From Trypanosoma brucei (Eukaryota): DNA of 64,000 bases. Positions 50,103 to 61,110 of the stretch are shown here, one piece after another. Below the pieces are notes generated by a model. That model saw nothing but the letters and a program-made list of their open reading frames with translations, was not told the origin of the DNA and made no database searches. Position 1 is the first letter of the stretch. The number at the start of each line of letters is the position of its first letter. Made by a program: the position numbers and the translations under genes. The DNA lies in NCBI GenBank assembly GCA_000002445.1, contig CM000208.1:256001-320000 (forward strand). The letters are read 5' to 3'.

Positions 50103-53100
50103 TTACCTGCTCGCACGCAACTCCTGTACGAAAGATACGCTCCGTTCCCTTAACGATGATATATACTGTCTTACTGCCTCTACTCGCTTCTCAAGTTCCA
50201 CCTCACGCTTGCAGACGCTCTCCTGTGCAGCATCCAGTCGGGTCAGTAATTTCTCGACCTGATACCTCATATCACCTGAAATGAGGCTAGAACTGTCTGT
50301 GGTGGTTTTCACATTAGAAATATCCGGACGCTGCAACAACGCCGCCACCTGTTCTCTATTCTGGCGCAAAATTTTCCTCTGCCTAAGGACACCGGCGTGC
50401 TTTGACTGCAAAAGCAACAACTGGGAACGCAGCTCTCGCAACATTGACTGGTGAACAGTCGACTGAGGTAACACACCTTCAGTACCCGAAGAACAATCAA
50501 CATCCTCCATTGGTGGTAAAGCCGACTCGGATGGAAACTCCAAGAGCAAGCTTGGTGGCGAAAACGACGATGACGCCAGCGTATTATCGTCTGAGTTACA
50601 AACGGTATCAACGGTGGCAGTTACGCCACATGCGGTAGCTCCATTACTAAGAGTTGTAACGGGCTTCACTCCGATGCCATCACCCCCTTCCGAAAGACGT
50701 GGTTCTTTAAATAGTGGCTCCTCCAGCGGAGAATCGCAGTACAAACCAGCAGGGGAAGTAGTCTCGGACGGCGGCGTTGAGGGCCTGGCCTGTGGCGAGT
50801 TGCAATGAAATTGAGGAATACCAAATGAATCAGTTCCAGAGTACGGGGAGCTCATGTCATCCCCATTCGAGCAGCCTACACTCACCAAACAACTCTGGGC
50901 ACTTATAAGTATTTTTTCAATGTATGCTGCGGCGTCCCCCGTACCAGCAACCCCACCCGTGCTCAGGCTGCCCCCTGGCGTGTCCTCTAAGGAGGGTAGT
51001 TGAAACTGCGGGGCCCGCCCCGAATTCGTCCGCTCGAATGATGAGAGAGAAGAGTGACAGGGCCCAGTTCCAGCTGTATTTCCAGAAACTTTCAGTGGTC
51101 GTGTCAGCAGGGGACCGCTTGTTGGGCCGCGCTCGGATGCCGGCATCTTCTTACGCACATCAACACTGTCCACAGCAACCATAGCCTTTGCAGACCGTGG
51201 TGCTCCCCCACCCTCACCACTGTCACGCACGCAAGACGGTTTGCTCCCCACCGTCACAGACGCGGATGGAGGGTTACCAGCCTGTTCACTTGCCGGCAGC
51301 GATCCGTCTGCAACGGCGGAAACCGCTGATGTAGAAGTAACGATCTCACTTCGAGGCATGCGGTTCACGACATTCGCGCCATCACCAATAGAATTCCTGC
51401 CAACTCCATTGAGGGTTGAACGCTTCGGGCACTTAGGGGGAAGAGACCCCAGTCCTGCTTCTGCCTTTCCCTCCACACGACTCGTAAGGACGCGCCGGCC
51501 ACCTTCGTGAGCGATAGAAGGACCTGAGAGGCCGCTGCGTCGTTCCTGTGTCCCGCGAAACTTCCGGACCATCGTCCCCCCTTCCCGCCACAGTTCATTT
51601 TCTTCCTGAAACCCTTGCGCAATATGTCTCCACCGCTGTCCCTCCTCCCTTAGTGCTATAAGACCGGCGCGCAAGTTGAAGCCAATTTCCACTACCTCCT
51701 CTAGTTTATCGCGAAGAACTTGGCCATCAATAGTATGGGGTAAACCACAAGCACGGATATTAACATCCCCTGAGCTGTCGCCACCACTTCGACCTACCAG
51801 TGTTTCATCCGGGGGCGCTGCTGGTCCGAACTGATGAGGAGGTGAAAGGGGAGGGGGGGCAGTGATGGTGCCAGCAGATCGCTTATAAATATAGGGGTCG
51901 ACTGCGCCGAATATACTTTCCTGAAGATCAGTGATAAGACGGTCCTTTGCTTCCAACAAGCAGCGGAGATAGGCATTTTCCATCACATGGTCTACATCCT
52001 GTCCACTCGGATATTCTTGCCGCCGTGAGCACAACCGGTTTCTATTCATATCCGTGGAAGTACGCTGTCCCATACTTTCTCCTGTGGCGCAGCTGTCAAG
52101 ATCATTTGATGCATGTTGATCACGCCTCCCAGTGGATACAACACTGTAGATATTGAAGCACCCATCACCTCCCCCAGAGCCTGCTGCGGCACTATGTTCA
52201 CTGGAGCCGCACTGAGTCCCACCACAGGATCCTAACTCGGGTTGTGTACATGAGGCAGCGTCATTCCCATCCGCACTATCGCTCGACACGGAAACAAACT
52301 GATCCGAAGGAAAGATATTAAGTCCATCCCCGTACTGACGACTGCAGTGGCCATCAAGAGTGGGAACGGAAGTGGGAAAATGCCCGTAGGCATCCCTCAG
52401 TGCTGCTTCTAAGTAATCAAAAACCTGCTGCTTGTTTAACATCAGGTCCTCTAACTGTTGCACAAACCTCACAACTTCCTCACCCGCATCAGTTTGCCGC
52501 ACTTCTACACATGGAATCGCTTTCCCCGTTTGAACGGCGTCTAAAATATTAAAGGGTGGGTAGCCGCAGCGCGGCACACCGGCGGGTGACTGTGCGGCCA
52601 GCTTACGCAACTGCGCATAGAGGGATTGAACAGCCTCCCTTTGAAGTTGAGCAAGGCTGCCGCATTGCTCTAGTGTTTTCGATATGCGATCAAATTTGTC
52701 AACATGTTGTTTCATGTTGATGTCACCGAAACGAACAGCACCTGCGGGCACTGTCGAATTACTCTGCAAAAGAGCGCGAACCTGAACCACAGCAGTTTTT
52801 GCTGACTCCCATAGCTCCGGTTGAAGGGCCGAAAGCTTAACCTCCGTTACACGTAAGCGAACCAAAGTACGGTTGATCGTCTCAACTGAAGTTGGAGATT
52901 TCAGAGGCTGCACGCCACTACATGCGGTACCAGGTCCGCACCCAACTCCCTCCACTACGCAGTTGCGCAGAACCGAAATAATTGATACACTGTCTGCCTG
53001 AGCTTTTCTGACGTGCGCTAGTATGTCCAAGCATGCATTCAGTGAAGCAGTAGCCTCTGGGCTTGTTGTTAAATCGGCAGTTGGGTTGGATGCCATCGGT

Positions 53101-53105
53101 AGCAT
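50103..53105 (-). CDS. Large hypothetical Ser/Gly/Ala-rich protein with an N-terminal helical region
   Basis: 1000-aa uninterrupted ORF in the same orientation as its neighbours, with extensive low-complexity S/T/G/P regions. I recognise no domain. Confidence 0.55.
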   Translation of the reverse strand: MLPMASNPTADLTTSPEATASLNACLDILAHVRKAQADSVSIISVLRNCVVEGVGCGPGTACSGVQPLKSPTSVETINRTLVRLRVTEVKLSALQPELWESAKTAVVQVRALLQSNSTVPAGAVRFGDINMKQHVDKFDRISKTLEQCGSLAQLQREAVQSLYAQLRKLAAQSPAGVPRCGYPPFNILDAVQTGKAIPCVEVRQTDAGEEVVRFVQQLEDLMLNKQQVFDYLEAALRDAYGHFPTSVPTLDGHCSRQYGDGLNIFPSDQFVSVSSDSADGNDAASCTQPELGSCGGTQCGSSEHSAAAGSGGGDGCFNIYSVVSTGRRDQHASNDLDSCATGESMGQRTSTDMNRNRLCSRRQEYPSGQDVDHVMENAYLRCLLEAKDRLITDLQESIFGAVDPYIYKRSAGTITAPPPLSPPHQFGPAAPPDETLVGRSGGDSSGDVNIRACGLPHTIDGQVLRDKLEEVVEIGFNLRAGLIALREEGQRWRHIAQGFQEENELWREGGTMVRKFRGTQERRSGLSGPSIAHEGGRRVLTSRVEGKAEAGLGSLPPKCPKRSTLNGVGRNSIGDGANVVNRMPRSEIVTSTSAVSAVADGSLPASEQAGNPPSASVTVGSKPSCVRDSGEGGGAPRSAKAMVAVDSVDVRKKMPASERGPTSGPLLTRPLKVSGNTAGTGPCHSSLSSFERTNSGRAPQFQLPSLEDTPGGSLSTGGVAGTGDAAAYIEKILISAQSCLVSVGCSNGDDMSSPYSGTDSFGIPQFHCNSPQARPSTPPSETTSPAGLYCDSPLEEPLFKEPRLSEGGDGIGVKPVTTLSNGATACGVTATVDTVCNSDDNTLASSSFSPPSLLLEFPSESALPPMEDVDCSSGTEGVLPQSTVHQSMLRELRSQLLLLQSKHAGVLRQRKILRQNREQVAALLQRPDISNVKTTTDSSSLISGDMRYQVEKLLTRLDAAQESVCKREVELEKRVEAVRQYISSLRERSVSFVQELRASR

Positions 53106-53496
53106 CTTGATTGTTTACGAGACCTTTCTTGTAATAAACACAGCGGCCACTATATTAATTAAAGTACTAGATCGTTAAAACTACACAGCTCCCGCTGGTG
53201 CAGGATGGTGTGTCTCCTTGCTCCAGCTTGAAGTCAGCCACGTAGGCGGGCAAATGCGCTAAAAGGAGTCTGTTATGCTTCGGGAGGCCCAGAACTGTGT
53301 GGCGTTCAAGGGAGGAAATTACACTTCACGGGAACAACAAAAAATAAAAGGAAGTAACACAGTTCCCGAGAGTGGTGCTCATATAACTATGAGAGGGAAG
53401 GGGATGAGTCACAGTGGGGGAAAGCAAAAAGATGTAAAAGCCATCCGCTCATACGTTCCTCGCCCGTTCGGCATACGAAAACCATCGCATCCCTGA

Positions 53497-53519
53497 ACAC
53501 ATACACACACACACACACA
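53497..53519. repeat. (AC)n microsatellite
   Basis: Direct reading: cacatacacacacacacacacaa. Confidence 0.95.
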
Positions 53520-53701
53520 AACTTGCCCGCTCGCGGTTTCCACGGTACTCACCTGGGAGGAGCAAAAGTTAAAGAAATTTCCCACCCACGGCAGATGAGC
53601 CCCAAACAACGAAAACGAATATGGAAAAAAGACAGGAGAAAAAATAATGCCCTACTAGCAACGCAGTCCAACGGTTAAAGGTTGGGAGGGTACAGCTGTT
53701 T

Positions 53702-54148
53702 CTAAGCTTCTGCTAATTGTTCCATCTGAGCGCTGTTCAAACGCTCCTGCAACTCTCTTACCTCAGCTAGGAGTTTTTCCGCGCGCAGGGCATCGCGCTG
53801 ATGGGCGTGCCAGTAATTGTATTCTTGATCCATGTGGCCCAAGCGAAGCGCCTCCGCTTGTAATGTGGACGATATACGGTGAGAGGAGTCGTCATCCTTA
53901 ACATTTGCCTGATTCTGTAGTGCCTGTCTGCGATGCATGCGTTCGACCTCGTTGTAGTACAGCACTGCCTTCCTTCGAAGCTCTACGTGTGGACCATCCC
54001 GCTGCCGCTCAAAGTAATCCGAAATTTTGTAGCGTAGCGGGAAAGTCGCAGTTACACCAACAACCATCAAGAGCGGGGCGTACGACTGAGGGGAATGACT
54101 CATAAAGCCAAGTGGCGAGTACCACGGTCGTTTGGCGTACCGCACCAT
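53702..54148 (-). CDS. Small hypothetical protein with one predicted transmembrane segment and a C-terminal coiled-coil
   Basis: 148 aa. It has the hydrophobic stretch APLLMVVGVTATFPL near the N-terminus and a charged helical C-terminal half. It could be a small membrane protein, possibly mitochondrial. Confidence 0.45.
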   Translation of the reverse strand: MVRYAKRPWYSPLGFMSHSPQSYAPLLMVVGVTATFPLRYKISDYFERQRDGPHVELRRKAVLYYNEVERMHRRQALQNQANVKDDDSSHRISSTLQAEALRLGHMDQEYNYWHAHQRDALRAEKLLAEVRELQERLNSAQMEQLAEA

Positions 54149-55345
54149 GTTGCTGTCGTGATAACTAATATTATTTCCTACTTTTATCGTCCCTACAAAC
54201 GGTTAGGAGCACACTTCTCCCCTCCAACCCTACCTATTTTGGTAATTTCCACTTGTCTCCAGTTACTCCCTACTATGAATGATGTGTCTCTGCTTATCAG
54301 AGCACTGGATGCGCTAGACACAGAGCAGGAGCAAGGAAAAAAAAGATTCCAATCACATAAAAAGCAGTAAAAATCACCAAATCACGGAGATACTGCGCTA
54401 TTTTTTCTCACACCCCACAGCCACGCTATCATGTGCAAAGAAAGGGGGAAAACACTCTGCTCTTCCTCAAAAATATTCAGCATTTCTGAAAGTTATCCAC
54501 TTTTTCTCTTTTTTTTTTGTTCACACCTCAGCCTCAAGATGTAAATTCTTGCCATATATTTCCTGCACTTTAGATATCTTGCCCTACTAAGGGTTAACGT
54601 TCCGCTTGTCCTGCATTTCTAAGCTGGGGTCCATCTGCGAAGGGGCAAGATGACTTTAGCTATTCCTTCTTTTCTTTATATTGATGTAATTCCCATACGC
54701 ACACAGCGGCGAGCAATGACGAAAAACAGCAAGTTGAGATTGTGCAAATAAAAGGCAAACCTAAACAGGGAATTTTGAAGATTCAACAATATATAAGTCC
54801 CTTTTCTTCCTTCCTTCTAAAAGGCATTTACATCGTCATACTCCCCACACACGCCGCGCTCCCTCCGCACCGAACACGAAGTGTGGAAATATCCATTCTT
54901 CTTTCGAATTCTCCCCCACCTTTTATCTTTTTTGGCAAAGCACATCTCACTTCGACAAGGCCACTCAGTACTCACGCCTCCCAGTTTCGCACAAGCACTC
55001 GCATGATGAAGCAGACATATGCAGAGTAAAATTTTAAAAAGTATAGAGGCAGATATATATGTTTGTAGACATATTGGTGCATGCACTTGGATGCCCGTCC
55101 GTGAAGCATACGGTTGGATCAATCTTGCTTTTTTTTCAATTTTTGGAGCACCGTTTAAGGAAGGAAAGGGGGCTGCGACCCCACAGGAGCAGCAGTCAGC
55201 AATAATAACATATGAATTTCTCTATATTCTTTGCTATTTCGGTCGTTGGTGTTTTCGTGGTTTTCTCTTCCCTTGAACTCTCTCTCTCTCTACGCTCATA
55301 TACGTGATTGGCAGGCGTGGTTTAGCTACTGCAAACATGGCACCC

Positions 55346-58300
55346 CTAAATCCCGAAGACGGGAGAATCAGCCGCACCGCACCACGGGCAAGCTTTAGCC
55401 AGAGTTATGTACCGGGTCCAGTCATCCTGGTTGGCTGGTCGTTGGCAGTTGCGGCACTTGACGACACCACCGCCAACAATCGGATACCCCGTGACGGCGC
55501 ATTCGGGGTAAGTGACCCCAGCTGGCGACTGCAAAGAACCCTCAAACATTTCCACTTGGCCTTGCGGATCTGTTACTGTAGGAAGATGGGGATCTAAACT
55601 ATTGTCGATGGAGATGGCAAGAACCCATCTATTGACCTCTTCTTCCGATGTCTTCTCCACACTGGAACTTTTCGGCATTGGATACTTCTTCGGGAAATCT
55701 GTGCAGTCGAAGTCGCCGTTGTCTATGGCGCTACTATCAACCGCACCATCCTCAATTTTTTCGGAGATATCAAGGAAACGATTGAGATACAAGAAGGCGA
55801 TGGCATCTTGGCCGGAATTCCTTGCTGCCATCCCGGCGTCATAGAACGCCTTCTCGGGTGCGATGTGAGGAATCCACCGAGGGAGACCAAGCATCAGTTT
55901 AAGGGCATAGTCGTCAAGCGAAAGCTCCCGCATGCGCGCGGACATGTAGTAGATGTGTATGATATGTGCGAAGGCGTTTGCTTTGGCGACATCCTCTTGC
56001 TTTTGCCCCGATCTCGACATGCTTTCCACGACATCGGAGAAACATGTGTGAAATCGCTCAAGTTTCAAATCACTGTCAGGCCGCAGAGGCAGCTGTGCCA
56101 GTATACGATCCGCCATCTCGAGCCATGTCTCGTAAAAGCGGAAGTCACCTGGGTCAAGCGGAAGCTCCTCCACTACCCCAAGCGCAGCACCTAGCTCACC
56201 CTTGTTCGCATGATACTTCATCTTCAGGCCAGCCACATATTTCATTTCTTCGGGTGGCCGCTGCTTTGCCATGCGAAGAGCATTCTCCCAATCATTATTC
56301 GCAATGTATGCCTTGAATGCAGCCTCAGGATCGATCTCCTCAACCATTTTGGCATCCTTCATGCCGCCACCTTCAATACTGTTCTGTACTATGGCACGTT
56401 TGACATAATCTTCAAGTTCAGGGCTAATATGTTTGGCCAGGTACTCCGCGAGGTCAAACTTTTTACCTTCCACATACATGTTAATTGCGCCCTTGTAATC
56501 CTCGCAGTCCTCCAGACACTTACCTGCCTCCACATATCTCTGCGCTTCCTTCAACTTACCAGTGGCGACGCGCAAGACATTCTTGAGCATATTACGGTCA
56601 TGTTTCTGGGCCACCTTCACAGCCCTCACCCAAAGATTGGCCAGAACGTTGGGATTTTGCACCTGCTCTGCCGTAGCACCGAGGTACGTTTCGACTGCCA
56701 TTTGATACTCACCATGCTCCTCCAAGACTGCGCCAGCCTTCTGGGGATCACTTGACTGCAGTGCAATACGCTTTGCAATCTCACCCAGCATGTCTGGATA
56801 GTATTCCTTCGCCACGCGCTGGGCATCCGTATACATACGATTCTCCATGTATAGCTTCAACAGCGGCTCGGGGGCATTCGCACGAATGAAAAAGCTTTCC
56901 GCTTCACGGTAGTTACTTTTCTGAAAGCATGCCCGTCCCTGAGCCTGAAGAATGGAAGGAATGGCTGTCTGGTCGTAGCCTTCCGCCACTCTCATCGCAT
57001 TTTCGAACTCGTGCTGGTGCAGGTACATATCAATGGCCTCGCGCGGTTTTCCAGACTTCAAAAACGCCTCTTCGGCCATGCGGAAGTCACCCTGATCCTC
57101 GTAGTACATAGCATATTTGAGGTACACATAAGGCAATTTAGCAGGTTGTGCCAGTTGAGCCCATTGCAGTGCCAGGTCGAACTTTTGTGCCTCCAGTGCG
57201 GCCTCTATACCTGGGTTAATAAATGAAAACTTCATGAGTAGCCGTACGCCGTCCTCTGCTTCCACAACCATGGCACGAGAGAGAACCACTTGCTTCGCCG
57301 CGTTTGCTCCACCGTGCACCTTCGCTACACGAACAGCATCCTCCCACATCTCATGATCTCGGTACATATTAACTGCCCGACCCCAGTCTTTACCGGCCAC
57401 ATAATGTGTTTCAGCCATCTTGTAGTTACTCTCCTTCTCGAATTGAGCGGCCAGCGAAAGGTGCGTCTTAGACAGAAAATCGGGGCGGTACGCCTGAACG
57501 AGGCGAATCATATTTGTGTAATCGCGCGCCTTCTTGTACATAACAATGGCCTGATCCGGTTCGTTCACCTTCACGTAGATGCGCTCTGCACCGGCGTAAT
57601 CACCCTTAGTTTCCAAACGCTTAGCTTGGTCAACAAAGAGTGCGACCAACTGCTGCTGCGAGAGGTGCCGTTGTGCCACACGATACATGTGGTCGGCCAT
57701 TCCTGCACGGCTGTACATGTCCACCGCCTCGTTGATCGCATTAGCCTTGATGTAGAATTTCTCGGCTTCGCCATATTGATGCAATTCTTCGTAGTGGCGG
57801 GCTATATTCTTATAGAAACCTTTGACGGTCTCATCGTTGTCGCTACCCACCGTTTGGCTCTCAAGAATGTGCGCGGCCTTACTCCACTGCCTTGAGTCAA
57901 TGGCCGCCTTCACTGCTTTGTCGTATTTTTTCGCTTCGATGTAGTGGTTTATTGCTTGATCTACGTGCTTCTGTGAGACAAGGTAATCACCCCACTCCTC
58001 TTCTAGTGCAACCACTCGATCAGGAACAGCGCGCTTAGCAAACTCCACAGCACGACTGTAGACATGTCCCTTTTTGTATGCTTGAATAGCGCGGTCGTTC
58101 ATCTTGAGTTTCTCAAAGAAATCGCCGGCCTTTTCAAACACTTGAGCCTTAAACAAGGAGGCCGCGATGGCCTCCAGTAACTGCGACTCTGGTTTCATGT
58201 TATTCGCAGATATGACGTTAGCCGCTCGGGCCGGGGTACCGCCGCGCAAGTATAAGTTGATAGCATCGTTATGCTTACCCTCACGTTCCTTCTGCTCACC

Positions 58301-60604
58301 AGCCTTTTCAAACTGGCCAGTTTCCACGAGCCAATTGTAATAGCGGGTACGCTTATTAGCGAGGTCTGGCCAGCCGCGGGCCTCTGCAATGCTGATACTT
58401 TCATCAAACCGGTTCAGCTCCTCCCACATTGCCATAGCATCTTCGATCTTAGCATTCTCAAGGTAGAGTTGCTCAGCTTGTTTGTAGTCCTTGTTCAGCA
58501 TCGACAGCTCGGCGCGCACGGCGTAATGGTCATATCCATCCGTCGCCCCTCCACTAGACCGTGCTTCAGACACCGCTAGTTCATTGATTTGATTCAGGGA
58601 ATTAACCTTCGCCATGTCTCCTAATGCAGCGTAACAGCGCTGGGCAATGGGAAGTTTCAATTCCTGCAGTGCAAGTGAAGCAAGGTTAGCCCACATTGCT
58701 TCCGTTTCGGGAGTGAGCGCAATTTGATCAAGCAAGTCACATGCCTTGATGTAATCGTGATCCTCCATCGCGGTTCCAAACTCAATGAGTGCCTCGTCGA
58801 GACCATATGCAACTGTGTTGACGCCTTCATCAACAATCACTTCCGTCTTGCCGTTTCCGCGCTCGATACCCTCCACTTCGCCCTTAATAGGGACGACAGC
58901 CACGCGGTCCGGAGAGTTGATACTGTACCAGACGCACAGTTCCACACGATTCTGTGCGACTACCACATCGCTTCCAGGTACCCACTGCACATAAGTGCAA
59001 TAGTTCAACAGCGTTGTGCGATTTTGTTCTTCCAGGTCGTACAGGAACAACTGGTGCTGTTTATCGCGGAACAATAGTTTGTTAGCGCGGTAATTGAGCT
59101 CAAGCCAGTCGATGCGGCATTGGTGGGAAAGCCGTGCAACCGCAGTACCACTGGACAGGTCATCGATTTGCGCTGTTTGTCTGTCGATGAGGTAAGCAAT
59201 GAATTTACGACCTTGTTGTCCTTCACCTTCGCTGGTGATAGATGGGTCATGCACCCGAACCGAAATTCGATGTGCATTTCTTTCTTCCGTGCGGCATGTA
59301 CCAAGGATCTCATTCTTACCATATTCGATCAAGCATAACTCACCTGCAGCAAAGACCATACAAACTTGTGGGTTGTCAAATACAAATTTTTCGCGTCCGG
59401 ACAGCTGCCACGGAACCTCTGAGAGTTTGCACGAAATGAGGTCACCAACAAGAAGGGTCGTGGAGGTATGAGCCACTAGATATCGGTCCTGGTGAACATT
59501 TACACACTGTACTTCATACCCAAGGCTGGAGCGAAGTACGATGCGCGTCCCTGTGGCCAGCCGCTTCACGATGACCTGGTTATGACTAACATATGTGAAT
59601 TCAAAAGCACCACGGAGGCGATAGCGCTTGAGACATACGTCAAACATATCAACTGCTCCAGCCAAAGACCCTGTCACAAAACGACTTCCATCGTACTTCC
59701 ATGATATAGCAGAGAAACTGCATGAGTTGGGCACACGTATCACTGCACCTTCTTCCCACTTGCGAGACCGCAGATTAAAGTCAAAGAGTCGCAACTGCTC
59801 GCGACTGGCCAGGACAATCGCGTGACCGCTGGGATTAAAGCTGCCGACAGTAAATTCTCCCTCGTCCTCCGCCTTGTAGTCAAAGCTTTGCACTTTTTGA
59901 CCACTACGATCGTAAAAAGTAACAAAAGAGTTCTGCCCTGCAGCACAGATATTCTCTCCCCATAACAAGACATACGGGGGATGTCCGTGATTGAAGAGCT
60001 TCTTTGACCCTGAGCCTCCGCCCGCATCCTCGGACTCAAAGGTGTATTGATAAACAGCACCGTCGAGATGACCCGAAATTACCTTATTTCCGTCAGGGCT
60101 GCTCGCAATCGACACAACCGCATGTTCATGAGCGTAAAGAGCCTGAGATTTGTTTGCCTTTAAGATGCCAACCTTCACCTTTCCATCTAGAGTTCCGAAG
60201 ACAACAAGCTCCACGCCCTGTGAGGTCTCTGGCCAACACAGGCAGGTCACCGGACTGTTCTGTGGGAACTTACTGCAGATGGCCTTCTTCTCACCCCACT
60301 CAATGCCCACCCGGTAGATAGCAACGATCCCATCAGATTGCCCAATGGCGATTTTGGAGCTGTCAGGTGAGAACGCCATTCCTTCAATAACAAAGGCTTT
60401 TCCATTCTTACCATCGGCAGCCTTTGTGGGAAATTTATCCCGACGTTCCCCATGTTCATCATACAAATTGACGACACGATTGTTGTCAGCAACAGCGAGA
60501 CGCTTATTATTAGGCGACCAGCAGATAGCTTGCGTCCGGGCGATCCCCTGCTGGCACGCCATGAGCGTCTTGTAGTGTTTTACCTGCATGGTAGACAGTA
60601 GCAA
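55346..60604 (-). CDS. IFT172: Intraflagellar transport protein IFT172 (IFT-B complex). The likely start is Met at 60589
   Basis: MQVKHYKTLMACQQGIARTQAICWSPNNKRLAVADNNRVVNLYDEHGERRDKF...GMAFSPDSSKIAIGQSDG matches the IFT172 N-terminus almost motif for motif. WD40 propellers are followed by a long TPR-like alpha-solenoid, and the total length of about 1750 aa is typical. Confidence 0.9.
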   Translation of the reverse strand: MLLSTMQVKHYKTLMACQQGIARTQAICWSPNNKRLAVADNNRVVNLYDEHGERRDKFPTKAADGKNGKAFVIEGMAFSPDSSKIAIGQSDGIVAIYRVGIEWGEKKAICSKFPQNSPVTCLCWPETSQGVELVVFGTLDGKVKVGILKANKSQALYAHEHAVVSIASSPDGNKVISGHLDGAVYQYTFESEDAGGGSGSKKLFNHGHPPYVLLWGENICAAGQNSFVTFYDRSGQKVQSFDYKAEDEGEFTVGSFNPSGHAIVLASREQLRLFDFNLRSRKWEEGAVIRVPNSCSFSAISWKYDGSRFVTGSLAGAVDMFDVCLKRYRLRGAFEFTYVSHNQVIVKRLATGTRIVLRSSLGYEVQCVNVHQDRYLVAHTSTTLLVGDLISCKLSEVPWQLSGREKFVFDNPQVCMVFAAGELCLIEYGKNEILGTCRTEERNAHRISVRVHDPSITSEGEGQQGRKFIAYLIDRQTAQIDDLSSGTAVARLSHQCRIDWLELNYRANKLLFRDKQHQLFLYDLEEQNRTTLLNYCTYVQWVPGSDVVVAQNRVELCVWYSINSPDRVAVVPIKGEVEGIERGNGKTEVIVDEGVNTVAYGLDEALIEFGTAMEDHDYIKACDLLDQIALTPETEAMWANLASLALQELKLPIAQRCYAALGDMAKVNSLNQINELAVSEARSSGGATDGYDHYAVRAELSMLNKDYKQAEQLYLENAKIEDAMAMWEELNRFDESISIAEARGWPDLANKRTRYYNWLVETGQFEKAGEQKEREGKHNDAINLYLRGGTPARAANVISANNMKPESQLLEAIAASLFKAQVFEKAGDFFEKLKMNDRAIQAYKKGHVYSRAVEFAKRAVPDRVVALEEEWGDYLVSQKHVDQAINHYIEAKKYDKAVKAAIDSRQWSKAAHILESQTVGSDNDETVKGFYKNIARHYEELHQYGEAEKFYIKANAINEAVDMYSRAGMADHMYRVAQRHLSQQQLVALFVDQAKRLETKGDYAGAERIYVKVNEPDQAIVMYKKARDYTNMIRLVQAYRPDFLSKTHLSLAAQFEKESNYKMAETHYVAGKDWGRAVNMYRDHEMWEDAVRVAKVHGGANAAKQVVLSRAMVVEAEDGVRLLMKFSFINPGIEAALEAQKFDLALQWAQLAQPAKLPYVYLKYAMYYEDQGDFRMAEEAFLKSGKPREAIDMYLHQHEFENAMRVAEGYDQTAIPSILQAQGRACFQKSNYREAESFFIRANAPEPLLKLYMENRMYTDAQRVAKEYYPDMLGEIAKRIALQSSDPQKAGAVLEEHGEYQMAVETYLGATAEQVQNPNVLANLWVRAVKVAQKHDRNMLKNVLRVATGKLKEAQRYVEAGKCLEDCEDYKGAINMYVEGKKFDLAEYLAKHISPELEDYVKRAIVQNSIEGGGMKDAKMVEEIDPEAAFKAYIANNDWENALRMAKQRPPEEMKYVAGLKMKYHANKGELGAALGVVEELPLDPGDFRFYETWLEMADRILAQLPLRPDSDLKLERFHTCFSDVVESMSRSGQKQEDVAKANAFAHIIHIYYMSARMRELSLDDYALKLMLGLPRWIPHIAPEKAFYDAGMAARNSGQDAIAFLYLNRFLDISEKIEDGAVDSSAIDNGDFDCTDFPKKYPMPKSSSVEKTSEEEVNRWVLAISIDNSLDPHLPTVTDPQGQVEMFEGSLQSPAGVTYPECAVTGYPIVGGGVVKCRNCQRPANQDDWTRYITLAKACPWCGAADSPVFGI

Positions 60605-61110
60605 GAGTTAACCACAACAGATGTTTTGAGATTCCTTCCCTTACCCCTTCCTGTGGGCAAAAGTAACCCCTTGGTATATATGCGCTTCAGCTACCACAGT
60701 ACTTTTGCTTTTTAACAGGTTCTAAATTATTTCTATTCCTTTTTCACTTGTACCCCTTTTTGTGTTGCTTGCTTTGTGTGTGTATGGGCGTGTACGCTCC
60801 CTTTCAGTGCCCGGAGAGTAACACGCAACTAAAACTCCCCGATAAACAAGGGGAAAACATGTATAAAACAAGCGAACGAAACGATGGTGAGGATACACAG
60901 TTTTAGAATCCACCACAGCCAATGAAGTGAAGAGTTTAAAAATCTTAAGTAGCTGTTAAGGGCAACAGATACGCGCCATGCACCCCATACACTTAAAGTG
61001 TCATAGATCAAAAGAATATGACACTGCGCTGAACAATCATGAATTGACAACTGGCCACGTACGCCGCGTACGAAGCAAGTAACCTCACGTTTCCCGTTAC
61101 ACATTTCCCT

